64,000 bases of DNA from Azolla caroliniana (Eukaryota; Plantae; Polypodiophyta). The notes below the pieces were generated by a model. The model saw only the letters and a program-made list of their open reading frames with translations. It made no database searches and was not told where the DNA came from. A program made the position numbers and the translations under genes. The stretch is from the NCBI GenBank assembly GCA_043228905.1, contig JBHGNT010000016.1:14880001-14944000 (forward strand). Direction: 5' to 3'. This document shows positions 47,271 to 58,984 of this stretch, piece by piece (positions within the stretch are counted from its first letter, which is position 1; each line of letters begins with the position of its first letter).

Positions 47271-50200
47271 GTTAAATATTATATCATGGAATGTTTGAGG
47301 TTTAGGAGGTAGTAATTGTGGTAAAGTAAGGAGTGTTTTCCGTCGTCAGTTGAAGAAGTCTTGGGTAGGTAGAATTGATGTTCTTTTGATTCAAGAACAT
47401 CATTTAAATGAACAACGGATTCGGAAATATGGAAATTTGTTGCCAGGTAAATGGAGGCAGCTTTGGGTGCCTGCACTTGGGGTTAATAGGATGAAAGCTG
47501 GACTATGTATAGCAATAAACGATACCTGTTTGCTCAATTTTTTACATTATGGAGTCTTGTCCTGTAGTCGAGGTCAATATGCAATTTTTCAAATAGGTTT
47601 GAAGAAGTGGGGTTTATTGAATATTTATGCTCCGAATAATGCAAAAGATAGAATGATACTGTGGAAAAGCATAATTTCACAGTTACCCACTGTGGATCAT
47701 TGGGCAATTGCAGGTGATTTTAATATGGTAGAGGATGTGAGTGATAGGGTAGGAGGAACGTCACAAACAGTGGCTGGTTCAGAATTATATGAATGGGAAC
47801 GACTGATTTTTGCTTTAGGATTAATGGATGTGTGGCATGTATCTTCCTTTGTAAGGCTACAAGATTCTTTACAGTACTCCAGATCAAATAGAAGTGAGGT
47901 TCATACTAATTTGTCTAGGTTAGATAGATTTTATGCCGATAAGTTTATATGGGACAAAGGAGGCTCCATTGGAATTTTACCTTCATTTTCCTTTTCTGAT
48001 CATGCACCTCTTCGTATAATTATAGTTCTACAGGAACAATATAAAACTTCTAGGTTTCGAATTCCGAATCATGTGTTTCTGCGACAAGATTGTGTTTGTA
48101 TTGTACATAATATTTGGAATAAGTATGTCTATTCGTAGGATTGTGCATTATCCAGTGTTCAAAATGCTATTAGGGAAATACAACAATTTTTCCACTATAA
48201 GGCCAAACAAGTAGTTCACTCATCTTTCACAAAAATAGGAAGACTTCGTAGGGGATTGAGGTCCTTACAACATTTGCAAGAGAAAAGGCCGTATTCGACT
48301 TATATAAGGTCTAGGGTGATACAAGTAGGAAACCAAATATTAGAATTACAAAAGGTTTCCGCAGAATTTACTTACCATAATATAGCATCTGAATGGGCAG
48401 AGTCAGGAGATAAAGTAAATAAAATGTTTTTTAAAATGCATAATTTCCATAAGTCTACGGCTAGGATTTCCCAGTTAAAATGTCCAGATGGCTCTTTCAC
48501 CAATGATGCTAGTCAGATGCGGCAAATAGCCTCTGAATATTATGATAATTTGTTGAAGGCTCAATCCTTTTCTATTGGCGATTTAGCTAAAAGAGATATT
48601 ATATGGTCCAGAATTCAACATAAAGTGCCTGTTCAACTTTCCGAACGTCTTTTGCAACCACTAAGTCCTCAAGAGGTTTTTAAAGCAGCAAAGTCCTTAG
48701 CAAAAGATGTTTGTCCTGGGTTGGATGGGTTGAGTGTCCAATGGTATTTACAATATTGGGATTTGATAGGTGAGGGACTAACTAGAGCTTATCAACAGGT
48801 TTTAGATTCGGGATATATGCCCCAAGAATGGAATGATGGTTTAATCTATATGATTCCCAAAGCCGGTGGTCAGTTAGAGGAGCTTCGGCATTGGAGGCCA
48901 ATTACTTTGTTAAACATTATTTATAAGATATTAGCCAAAACGTTAGCTAAACGTTTACAACCTTATCTTTCTGAACTGATTCATGATTCTCAGACAGGTT
49001 TTATACAAGAGCGAAGTATTTTTGATAATATTATTCTTTTTTGGGAGATGGTAGCTTTTGCTGAAGGACAGAATCAAGAGTTGGCAGTGTTATTTCTGGA
49101 TTTCGAAAAAGCTTATGACAGAGTTGACTGGAATTTCATGGAGGGGACTTTGCTTAAGATGGGTTTTCCAAACAATTGGATACGGGGAGTTTCAGCATTA
49201 TATCGTAATGCACATAGTTCGGTTTTATTTGCAGGGGATATTGGTAGGCGTTTCTCTATTTCAAGATCAGTAAGACAAGGATGTCCACTTGCTCCTTTTT
49301 TGTTTTTATTAGTATCTGAAGCGTTTTCTGTATATTTAAATTCTCAGCAGGTTAATATAAAAGGTCTAGCATTGCCATTTGCATATGCTAGCGTTGATAG
49401 TGAGTTTGCTGATGATACAGCTCTTTATATTCATGCCTCACAATTTAATTTGGTGCAGGTTCAAAAAGCTGTGGATGACTTCGCAGATGCATCGGGTGCA
49501 GTGATCAATTGGGATAAGTCATCAGGTTTTTGGGTGGCTTCGGGAAACCCTCCAGTTAACGCGCCTAGCACAGGTTTCTCGTGGATTCCGAAAGGACAGT
49601 CCATTACGTATCTAGGATGTAGAGTAGGGTTAGGAATAAAGGTAGATGATATGATTGCGCCCTTATTGGTAAGATTAAGAAATAAGCTAATATATTGGAA
49701 GAAGGAAAGGTTATCCTTAGCTGGACGTGTAGTTGTTGCTAATTCTGTGCTTTTATCATCTGTTTGGTATATAGCCTCTACATGGTTGTTTTCTAGGTCC
49801 ATTATGCTTAGAGTTCAACGTCTAGTACGGAATTTTATTTGGGGAAATGATACGGTACACAATACTATAGCAAAGGTAGCTTGGTCGGTTCTTATACAAC
49901 CCAAACATAAAGGAGGTTTAGGTTTGATTGATCCTTTCATGCAAAGTAAAGCATTACTTGTTAAACATGTTGTTAGGTGTTTATTGCCTGGACAAGAGTT
50001 ATGGAAAAAGTTTTGGATGTGTCATTTATATAAATTAAAACCATCGGTTGGTGGTAATTGGCGTGATAGTCTTAGATGGTTCTTTAATTCAGATTTTCCG
50101 CTGTCTAAATCGACAGTTGGGTCCTTTAGTTTTTTTAATGGCATTCTAAGGGCATGGGAAAGTATTCGTCGAGCGCTGGTTTTTTTGCCACCAAAAACAT

Positions 50201-51636
50201 ATCATCAATTAATGCGTCAGCCGTTGTTATGGAATCCTTTGTTTACTGATGAAGCGGCATGTGTCTTAGGTTTACGACCTAGGTTATCTTGGGCTGCAAT
50301 GGATAACGGACCAGCTCGTACGGTTGCGGATTGGATTGCTTTCTTGCAGACTTCAGTGCAAGACCAAAAGAGTAAGGTGTCTAATTTCAGAGGGGCAAAC
50401 ATTATGATAACTCAAGTGTCAACGGTGTATCAGGTAACATTACCAACTTTGAGTTTTGGTCATTGTTTGAATTGGTATGGTATGTTTTCGAGATTAAATA
50501 TACTAATAGGAGCTCGTCTGTATACTCAAAATGGTAGCCTTTACTTTTATGAAGTTTGCGATAATGGTAGGTTGTTGGTAGTGGAGGAGGAGTCTTCAAT
50601 TGTGTCTTCTGCCAGGCAGCTGCCAGTGAGAGTAATAGCTAGGTTGGGAAAAAAGATATTTATAGATCCTAATCCACTAATTGCTAAGTATTCATCTCAT
50701 ATATGGGTTTTAAATTCTAGACCAATTGTTGATTTGCAGTGGGATCCATTAGATTATGGTTGGAAGTTACCAATGTCTGATAGTACGCAAGAGAAAGTTC
50801 TTCCATTTTTTGCATATTCTGTGTCACTGGGTAGGAAGTTTTTGTTAAATGAGATAGAGTCAATTCCGGCAGGAAAAAAATATTGGGAGGAAGGTAATGT
50901 CTCATCTACATATATGTTGAAGTTTTGGAAACACCTTTGGTCGCTTAAATGTATGAACAAGGTATTGCACTTTCGATGGTTAATGATTCATTATGCATTG
51001 CCAGTAGGAGCTTTATTGAGGGGAACAATACCTGATCGATCATGTGGTAGGTGTGGCTGGGCATATGAGACATTACATCATGCTTTTTGGGAATGTGTTA
51101 CGGCCAAATGTTTTTGGGCTCGTATTCTTAGGCTTTTAAGTCGTAAGTATAGGGCTACTAAATTCACGTGGGGTACAATCTTTTGGGGTACGTTGGATCA
51201 AGAAACTGTTTTTTATCATTATCATAATTCATCATTGACTTTACATGTGAAAAGTTTTCAGGTGTACGTTACGAATAGCTCCTTGCAGGGAGTCAAGTTC
51301 TTTTCTAGGTGTTATGTTTGGAACTTTATTTCCTCGTTGGCCTTATGGATTATTTGGAAAGCAAGGTGTTCTAAAATATATAATGATGAAGATACTAATG
51401 TTGTGGATCAAGTTAAATCTTTCTGGGAATTATTGGTAAATATAGTTAAAGGTGAATATGATAGCTATAAGGGTTGTGGAAATGGGCCTAACCGGAAAAG
51501 AAAGCGACTTAGAAGAGTCTGGTCAACCATTCCTATTTTTTTGGATGCAACAGGGGAAGATGTAAAGTGGAATTATGTTCCACCTCGATGGTTGTTTCCG
51601 CCACCAGCGCCATTTATATTGAACACAGCCGTTTAG
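47260..51636 (+). pseudogene. L1 ORF2 (APE, RT and zf-RVT-like CCHC), single frame with three premature stops
   Basis: MDRLNIISWNV*GLG, NIYAP, GDFN, SRLDRF, SDH, WRPITLLN, LDFEKAYDRV, VRQGCPLAP, FADD and CGRC..ETLHHAFWEC. Stops near 47296, 47320 and 48136. Overlaps the end of ORF1. Confidence 0.9.
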
Positions 51637-52745
51637 GATGAGTGCGTGAGGAAAGTGTAAACTGTTTTTGTGTTGTAAATACAGGTTTTCCACGGACATT
51701 GGCAACAAGCTAATCGACGAGAGGGCTGATGTGGAAAGAAGGAAGAATGTGTAAGAGAAAAGGATGGGGTATGGTGGCGGGGTCATAGTCGACAATCGTG
51801 AGTGGGTGGGGAATTTTTACACTAATTTTTGTTTTTAATACAGGTTTTTCGTCAACAGTGCAAGATGTTAATCGGCAAGAGGGCTGACGTGGACTGAATG
51901 AAGAATTTCTTGTTTTGTGATAAGGATGAGGGAAGATGGCGGGGGGGTCGAAGCCGTCTATCATGAGTGAGGAAACTTTGAGATTAACTGTTTTGTTATT
52001 GATATAGGTTTTTTCGTGGACATTGGTCATGACGATAATTGGCTAGACGGTTGATGTGGATTGAACGAAGAAATTTTCTGTGTGAAAGTGATAAGGTTGA
52101 GTGAAGATGGTGGGGAGGGTGAAGCCGACTATAACGAGTGGGTGAGAAAATGTTTACACTACTTTTGTGTTGATCAATACAGGATATGCGTGGACATTGC
52201 CACCGTGTTAATTGGTGAGATGGCTGATGTCGACTGTATGAAGAATTTCTGTGTTAAGGATGAGTGAAGATGGTGGGGAGGGTGAAGCCGACTATAACGA
52301 GTGGGTGAGGAAATGTTTACATTAATTTTGTGTTGATCAATACAGGATATGCGTGGACATTGCCACCGTGGTATTTGGTGAGATGGCTGATGTCGACTGA
52401 ATGAAGAATTATTGTGTTAAGGATGAGTGAAGATGGTGGGGAGGGTCGAAGCCAATGTGCAGGAGTGGGTGAGGACATGTTTTAACCTAAGTTTTTGTTG
52501 ATTATACAGGATATGCGTGGACATTGGAACCAGGTTAATCGGTGAGATGGCTGATGTCGACTAAAGGAAGAAATATTTGTGGTGAGGATGAGTGAAGATG
52601 GTGGGGAGGGTCGAAGCCAATCATCACGAGTGGGTGAGGAATTTTTAGACGGATTTTATTCTTATCACAGATTTTTGGGGTTTTTGGGCAATGACGTTAA
52701 TCGGAGACATGACTGATGTGGGTTAAATGAAGAATGGTTGTGATG
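51635..52745 (+). repeat. Tandem array of seven ~160-175 bp units inside the L1 3' region
   Basis: Unit motifs (GTGAGGAA, TTTTGTGTT..YAG, GGACATTG, GCTGATGT, GAAGAA, GATGAGTGAAGATGGTGGGG) recur with YAG anchors ending at 51684, 51843, 52007, 52182, 52345, 52509 and 52670. Confidence 0.9.
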
Positions 52746-53648
52746 AGATTATGGTCTAATCAATGTATGGCTGTTCTGAGTTGGTAGAGATTATCATGGT
52801 TGCTTCAAAGTGACAGGTGCTGCAGGGACTGTTTTGGTGTTGTGTTTTCAACGGCAACAGCCGAGGAAGGTTCAATCTTGCATGGGAAAAGACAGACAAA
52901 GATACAAGAGGTTGGACAGATTTATGAGCTTGGAAAGTCAGCTTGAAGAAGACTACGGCCAAGAAGTAGCAGATTACCTCAATGGCTTGATTGGAGAGAG
53001 CAGTTTTGTATTACCTAAGTGGTACAAAAGGACATTCACAAGGGAAAATTAAAGGCCAAGGAACGGGAACAGCTATTGGACAACCAGGTGATGGTGAACA
53101 ACTTTAGTACATGCGGAACCAAATGCAAACATGGAGTTTTTAGACTACTAGCCATGATTACCACCAAGATATGTATTCACTTGGACCGCAGGAATTTGTT
53201 TATAGGTTGAATATGGGTATACTAAAGAGCTTTAGTATATGTGGAATCACATTCAGCCAATGTTGGCTGCAACATGATGTTTTTAGAGGCCATAACAAAT
53301 GCCATCATTATTTGGTCCCTTTTTTTACGATATATACTTATGGAGTGGAAACTATTATGTACAATTTGTACATTGCCTTTGGCATTGTTAATTTTAATAC
53401 CAATGGAGCATATTTTTTATGGAAAAAAAAAAGGCAATCTCATGTGGAATTTTTGAATGTTAGAGCATGTGGGGGATCATTCCCTCGAGTGCAGAACATT
53501 CAAGTTTTCTAATGGCTTTACACGACATTTGTTCCTCTCCCTACAAGTAGGTAGGATAGGTAGAGAAGAAGACTAAGAAGTTTGTAACAAGGGGGTTTTA
53601 CATTCAATTAATGAAATTGTGTTTGTTTTTACTAAGACATAGAGAGAG

Positions 53649-53693
<45 letters not shown>

Positions 53694-53769
53694 AGATGGA
53701 TGTAGCCCAATGGAGACTCGATGGTCATGGGTTCAACCCCTACATTCCACAATGACATCTAGTGAAATA

Positions 53770-53918
53770 AGAATAGAGTGATAGAGAGGTGAGAAAATTG
53801 GGTTTCGAACAAAGAGAGAAAAAATGAGGGGTAATTCCAAAAATTAGTGAAACTTGTGGCCACCAACCCAAAGCTTTCTTCAAAAATAGTTATGTGAAGA
53901 AGAAGGAAAGAAAGAATA
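53770..53918. repeat. ~150-bp tandem duplication unit; its second copy (53920-53970 plus 58825-58920) is split by a LINE
   Basis: ATAGAGAGGTGAGAAA(A/G)TTGGGTTTC..AAAGAGAG repeats at 53780 and 53933. AAATTAGTGAAACTT(G/A)TGGCCACCAA..AATAGTTATGTGAAGAA repeats at 53841 and 58845. Confidence 0.75.
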
Positions 53919-53970
53919 TAGAATTTAGAATAATAGAGAGGTGAGAAAGTTGGGTTTCAAACAAAGAGAG

Positions 53971-56900
53971 AGAGAGAGAGATATTAACATCTTCTAAGGC
54001 CGAAATTGGTCCATGAGACAAATGGTTTACAACAAAAAATGGGATATTGACCCATTCATCAAAAGTAAAAAAGAAGAAGAAGAAGAAGATAAAATTAGAG
54101 TTTTAAGCTAAATAGTTCAAGTTAAATAACAAACATGTTCTATATAAAAAACATTTTCTACAATGAAAATGATGTTATACTAGGGCTAATTTCATTTCCA
54201 TCCAAGTCTCTCGAAGAGAAGCGGGAGGTCAAAGGTTTTCGATGTGGATGTGGCCCGTGGTCCCAATGTAAAAGGTGCCCCAACCATAGCTTCTAGTCGA
54301 CGTAGCTCACGTTCCCATTATCTTCTTAATCTTCTCTACTCTTTGTCGACTTGTTTTGAAGCCCGACATCCGAGGGCGTTTGGTTGTTCTTTGCATATCG
54401 GCTTCCTCAAGAGAGAGGCCGAGTGGCGTAAGTGTATTCACATTCATCGTCTCCCGTTGTTCCTGAAAAATTACACTAGTTACAAGTTGATAAATAGTAA
54501 AAGGGTTATGGTTAACACTTTGTAATTTATTCTTCCTATGTTGTTTTAGCTCTAAGATATACCTACCTAGTCTCTTTACATCCATGGTATCTAATAGTTT
54601 GGAGAGGTTGGGAGAGGGTCCTAATATGTCTTGGTATTTCGCCCGTATCTCGGCATAAGTTGGGCACTTGCATGTGAAGTGATACTCATCCTCTATCTCT
54701 ATATGGCATAACCTACATAGCCTTTCCTCTCTAGGGACTCTATTAGCCTAACCATTCTCAATCTCAAGTTGGTGAGATGATATCCTAAGTTGTCCAATGG
54801 CCACCCTTAGTGCATTTGATAAGAATGTATCTAAGTATCTTGGTCGTGAAATAAAACCTAACTTAGAGAAGTGCAAGAAGTGTTCCTTATAGTACAACAT
54901 TTTAGATGGGAGTGACTCTCGTGGGGTGATCCATTTATATTGAGTGTAAATTTGCCATATTTCTTGGTGTATCACTTTATTATGGTCTTCATGAGATATT
55001 AGAGTTTGATCAGTCCCATGGTTGTACTTAAGGGGAGGTAGGTTATTAATGTTTATGCCGTTTGCAAGTAACCAACTCAGCACAATACTATACCAAGAGT
55101 TCGTGGACGCATGTAGGGATCAGGATGCCTCAAAGGCTCGACGGGATATCCTATCTTATGGCTGGCTATGTATCCGATGAATGAAAACTACCACTTGAAA
55201 AAGTGCTTCTACTAACATCGGGGGCAGACTGAACTCTGCTCTAATAATGTCATGTGGTACTGTCGATTTGCTTCGGAGTTGACGTGATAACATCGTCACC
55301 AAAGGTCTCTCTAATTGCGTCCACATGAAAGATGGTAGACCTAGAGCCCATACTACTAATGCATACATGAGGGAAGGGGTCACTAATGAGTCGAAGAGTC
55401 ATCCCTTAGTCCCTAGCTCTTGAAAGTATGCATGGTGGCATTGTCTCTCTAAGAGTGAGAGGGATGCATACCCTCTCGTTAGCCTATCTTTGGCTGCCTG
55501 GGTCATTGAGAATTTACCTGAGCGAGCACTAAAAGTGACTCCCAAGTATACATATGATCCAACTACCTCAACTAGTTTATGAGAGAGGATTAGGTGACAT
55601 TTACTCCTAACTCGGGACGATGTATGAAAGATAAGGACTTTAGTTTTCGCTAGATTCACTACTAGTCCTCGTTGTGTACAAAAGTCATCTAGAGCATTAA
55701 AATGCTTTTGTAGATCGTGTTCTGACTCCAAGAGCAAGACAATGTCGTATGTGTAGAGTAAGAGACTAACTTGTGTATCCCCAATAGCTATTCCCTTGCC
55801 TCCCTTACGAGCAATAAAATAAGTGATCTCATCAATGTAGATCCCAAAAAGAGTCGGTGATAGGGGGCAACCCTGTTTTACACCAATGGTGCTAGTGAAA
55901 CAATCGGATAGGTCACATGGGCATCTTATGCACCTAGAGACTTGCTCATATGGGGCATAAATGGCCTAGATCATGCCATTTGGTATCTCCAAGCTCTTAA
56001 GTCTATTAAACAGCCTCTCCCTAGGAATTGTGTCAAAGGCTTTGCAGAAGTCCACAAAGCAACAATATAGTTTCTTCTTACGAGCCTTCGTCTGGTCAAT
56101 TAAGCACCTAAGTGTGAAGATATGGTCAATGGTGGAGAAGGCTCGTCTAAAGCTAGCCTGCTCAGGTGCTCGAAGACTTAATGTTTCCATATAATCGCCG
56201 AGCTCCGCTTCCATTACCGCACCATATAGTTTAGCGAGCGTATGACCTATCATAATGGTCCTATATGTATTTGGGTCCATTGGGTTCCCTCCTTTATGTA
56301 TAGGGGCCACTGTGTTCATGGTCCATTGTGGTGGAAAACCCTCGGCAAGGGCGCGGTTGAAGATTAGAGTGAGAAAGGGGGCTAGGCACTCTCGAGCATA
56401 TATGATGTGCTCGGCTCACAATCTTGTGTGGTCCATGGATTTCTTATGTTGTAATTTTTTTATGACCTTTGTGACCCTAGAGGTCGTGAAAAGTGTCCCC
56501 ATGGTATGTCAAGGTGTGGAAGGCATTGGAATGAGTGGTTGGTTCGGGACATGGTAGAGTCTCTCGATATATGTGTGCCAAATATTGGGATCCTCGATGG
56601 GTGTTTGTGGTCGCGGTTCCCGTAGTCTCTTCCATGCAAGGGCGCAATCCCTACTCATGAGCATATGGTAGAGTTCCCAATATTGAGATGCTTCTCAAGC
56701 TCGTCTTTTACGACGTGTCATCTTGCGCATCTCTTTGCGAGCCTGTACTAAGGAAATAGTACCACTAAGTCATGGCACTTTAAGTTGTCTATACAACTCT
56801 CTACAATCCTCATCATACCACTTGTTCTATGGCATAGACCCTATTCTACTATGATTGGAGTGTTTCGTGTATGGGAAGCTACCAATTACTACTGAGTGAA

Positions 56901-58824
56901 GGATGTGTGTGAGTTCTGTAGTGAGGTTCTCTAAAGGCAAGGTAAAATCAAAAGAGGAGAGATGGGCTTGAACATGTCGGGAGTAGATGTCAATGAGCTC
57001 ATGCGTGAAATGTATTATGGTGTGATGGTTTGGTTGACTAGAGTTGGTGGCGTGGGAGGTGTCGCATTTTAGCTCAAAGTATAGGAAGCTATGGTCTGCA
57101 CCAATGGGGCATGGGGCCACCCGGAAGGAGTTAACCATGTGGGTAGCTTCAGGGCGTCTTATTAGGTAATCAACTGTGCTTTCCCCTCCTCCATGTGGGA
57201 AACATGTGAGCTCTTCCGAGCCCGACCACTTGGCTAAGCCATTATATATGATCATTTGGTGTGGCGTCAACACCTCTATCCTTTGATGTACGTGTTATGT
57301 CTAAGTCTAAAGGGTTGACATTCACCATTTCTAGGTTTCTATCCATCTGAAATATTGTGCATTGTCGGGATTGGGTTCACACATTGAAATCTCCTACAAG
57401 GAAGACTTCCCCTTGAGAGGAATATCGGATCATGTCATCCGATAAAGGTTCGTATGAAGAAGGTCCATGTGGCGTTCCTTCATCAACTATACTCGCCTCT
57501 CTAGCCATATTATACCGGGATCCTTTCGGGGGGAAGTAACAAACGACGATAAATATTGCCCGATCCTTGCTAGTGAGGACTTTCACCCACATAAAACGGG
57601 CTTTTGGGTCTTTCTTTAATATTTCTATCCTATTATGTATCTCTCTCCAAAATAGTATTGCAACGGCTCCAGACCCTCTAGTAGTATGTCGACATGAGGT
57701 TTGTTTAAAGACAGATTCCCAAAGAAAACCGTCAACTCGTGGTAGTCCTCGATTTGGACTCTGATGTGTTTCTACTAAAAAAAGTATGTCATATACCTTC
57801 AAAATCTCCTCTAGGAGGCCAAAGTGCACCGTTATAGTTCCATAAAGTCATCCTAAGTTTATTGTCTGTCACATGGGCCACACGCCGTCAATTGGCGATG
57901 CGATAATTTATTATCACATGTTTGTCTCGGTAAAAAGCATGATGCCCCTCTTTATGAGTTTGTATGACTCGCGGCATACAAGTTTTACGATGCTCAATTT
58001 GCATCTTGGTCAGGTCTTCATCGAGGTAGATAGGGTCCCCACCCAATCCTCGAAGAATTGGTCTCTTTTTAAAAAATGCAATTCTAGATTCGGAGTCCTT
58101 AAACTAAAGGACCAAAGCTTTTTTCCTAGTGGTGTCACGTCCTACCCTCCAAGTTTTAGTGATTGGTAGGGCTTCGTACCCCCACATTTTCCCTAATGTT
58201 TGTGCAACTTCGTCGGGAGATGCCCCTTCCTTGAGCCCAGTAACTCGTACATTTAGGTGTCGAGCTTGACGCATTTTTTTCCTCCTCAAGGGTAGTGTTT
58301 ACAATATTTTCATCCTTTAGTTCCTTTTTAATATTACGTTTTACTACATCAACCCACCCAGTTTTTGCTAATTCCATATCGCTTTTAACCTCTTCCTTAA
58401 CCTTTTTGATCTCGTCCTTAATATCCTCTAGGGAAGATATTTCACCATCTTCCCTAGATGTCTCAAGGTCCTTAACTTGTTTCTGAAGGTTCGTGTTGTC
58501 TACTTTAAGTTTCGTTATTTCAGCAATAAGCACTTCTTTTTTCTTCTTTATCTTTTTGTTTTTTCAGCTTCAATCTCTTTCACCCATTTTTTTCGATTTT
58601 AACTAAACGGTTAAGGACATCTAAAAATTCTTCCTTACTTATAATTTCTTCTTCGTGTGTTTCCTTATGGTTTCGTCTAGAAGTCATGTTGTAATAATTC
58701 AAAAGATAAAAGAAAGAAAAAGACAAAAATGACAGGAAAGTTAGCCGAGCATCGGTGCCTTGCTCGCTAGGTACAAGTGTAGAAGCACATTTATACTCTC
58801 TCGTTTATCAACAGACAAACCAAA
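53971..58824 (-). mobile_element. Second RTEX-like LINE, near full length and degenerate
   Basis: ORF1 from ATG 58687 (coiled coil, LNVRVTGLKE). ORF2 fragments LWNYNG, ETH, GDFN, STVDY, CFVDFCKAFD, YVYLG and SSHQLEIENG..LCRLC..EDEYHFTCKC. (TC)n tail. Probable TSD AAAGAGAG at 53963-53970 and 58825-58832. Confidence 0.88.
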
Positions 58825-58984
58825 AAAGAGAGGGGTAGTTCCAGAAATTAGTGAAACTTATGGCCACCAAGCTAAAGTTTTCTTCCAAAATAGTTATGTG
58901 AAGAAAAGAGGAAGAAAGAAGGTAAGAAAGAAAGAAGTTCGTTCTTCTGAGAGCATCTCCAGCAACAATTTGGAGCCCTTCAGA

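Larger units (their letters stand above)
45858..53429 (+). mobile_element. L1-clade LINE, probably 5'-truncated, with a long 3' region
   Basis: 15-bp TSD AAAGGCAATCTCATG at 45843-45857 and 53430-53444. A short poly(A) at 53423-53429 runs into the TSD. ORF1 and ORF2 are of the plant L1 type. Confidence 0.9.

Noticed and set aside
51635-52745. CRISPR-like array or hammerhead-ribozyme (retrozyme) repeats
   Set aside because: Units are homologous along their whole length with no unique spacers, the context is eukaryotic, and the motif is CTGATGT rather than a CTGATGA..GAAA core with flanking stems.
58731-58800. HDV-like ribozyme in the 5' UTR of LINE 2 (CGAGCA/TGCTCG stem followed by GCTAA)
   Set aside because: The pairings I can find form two consecutive simple hairpins, and the P1/P2 order needed for the nested double pseudoknot is not satisfied.
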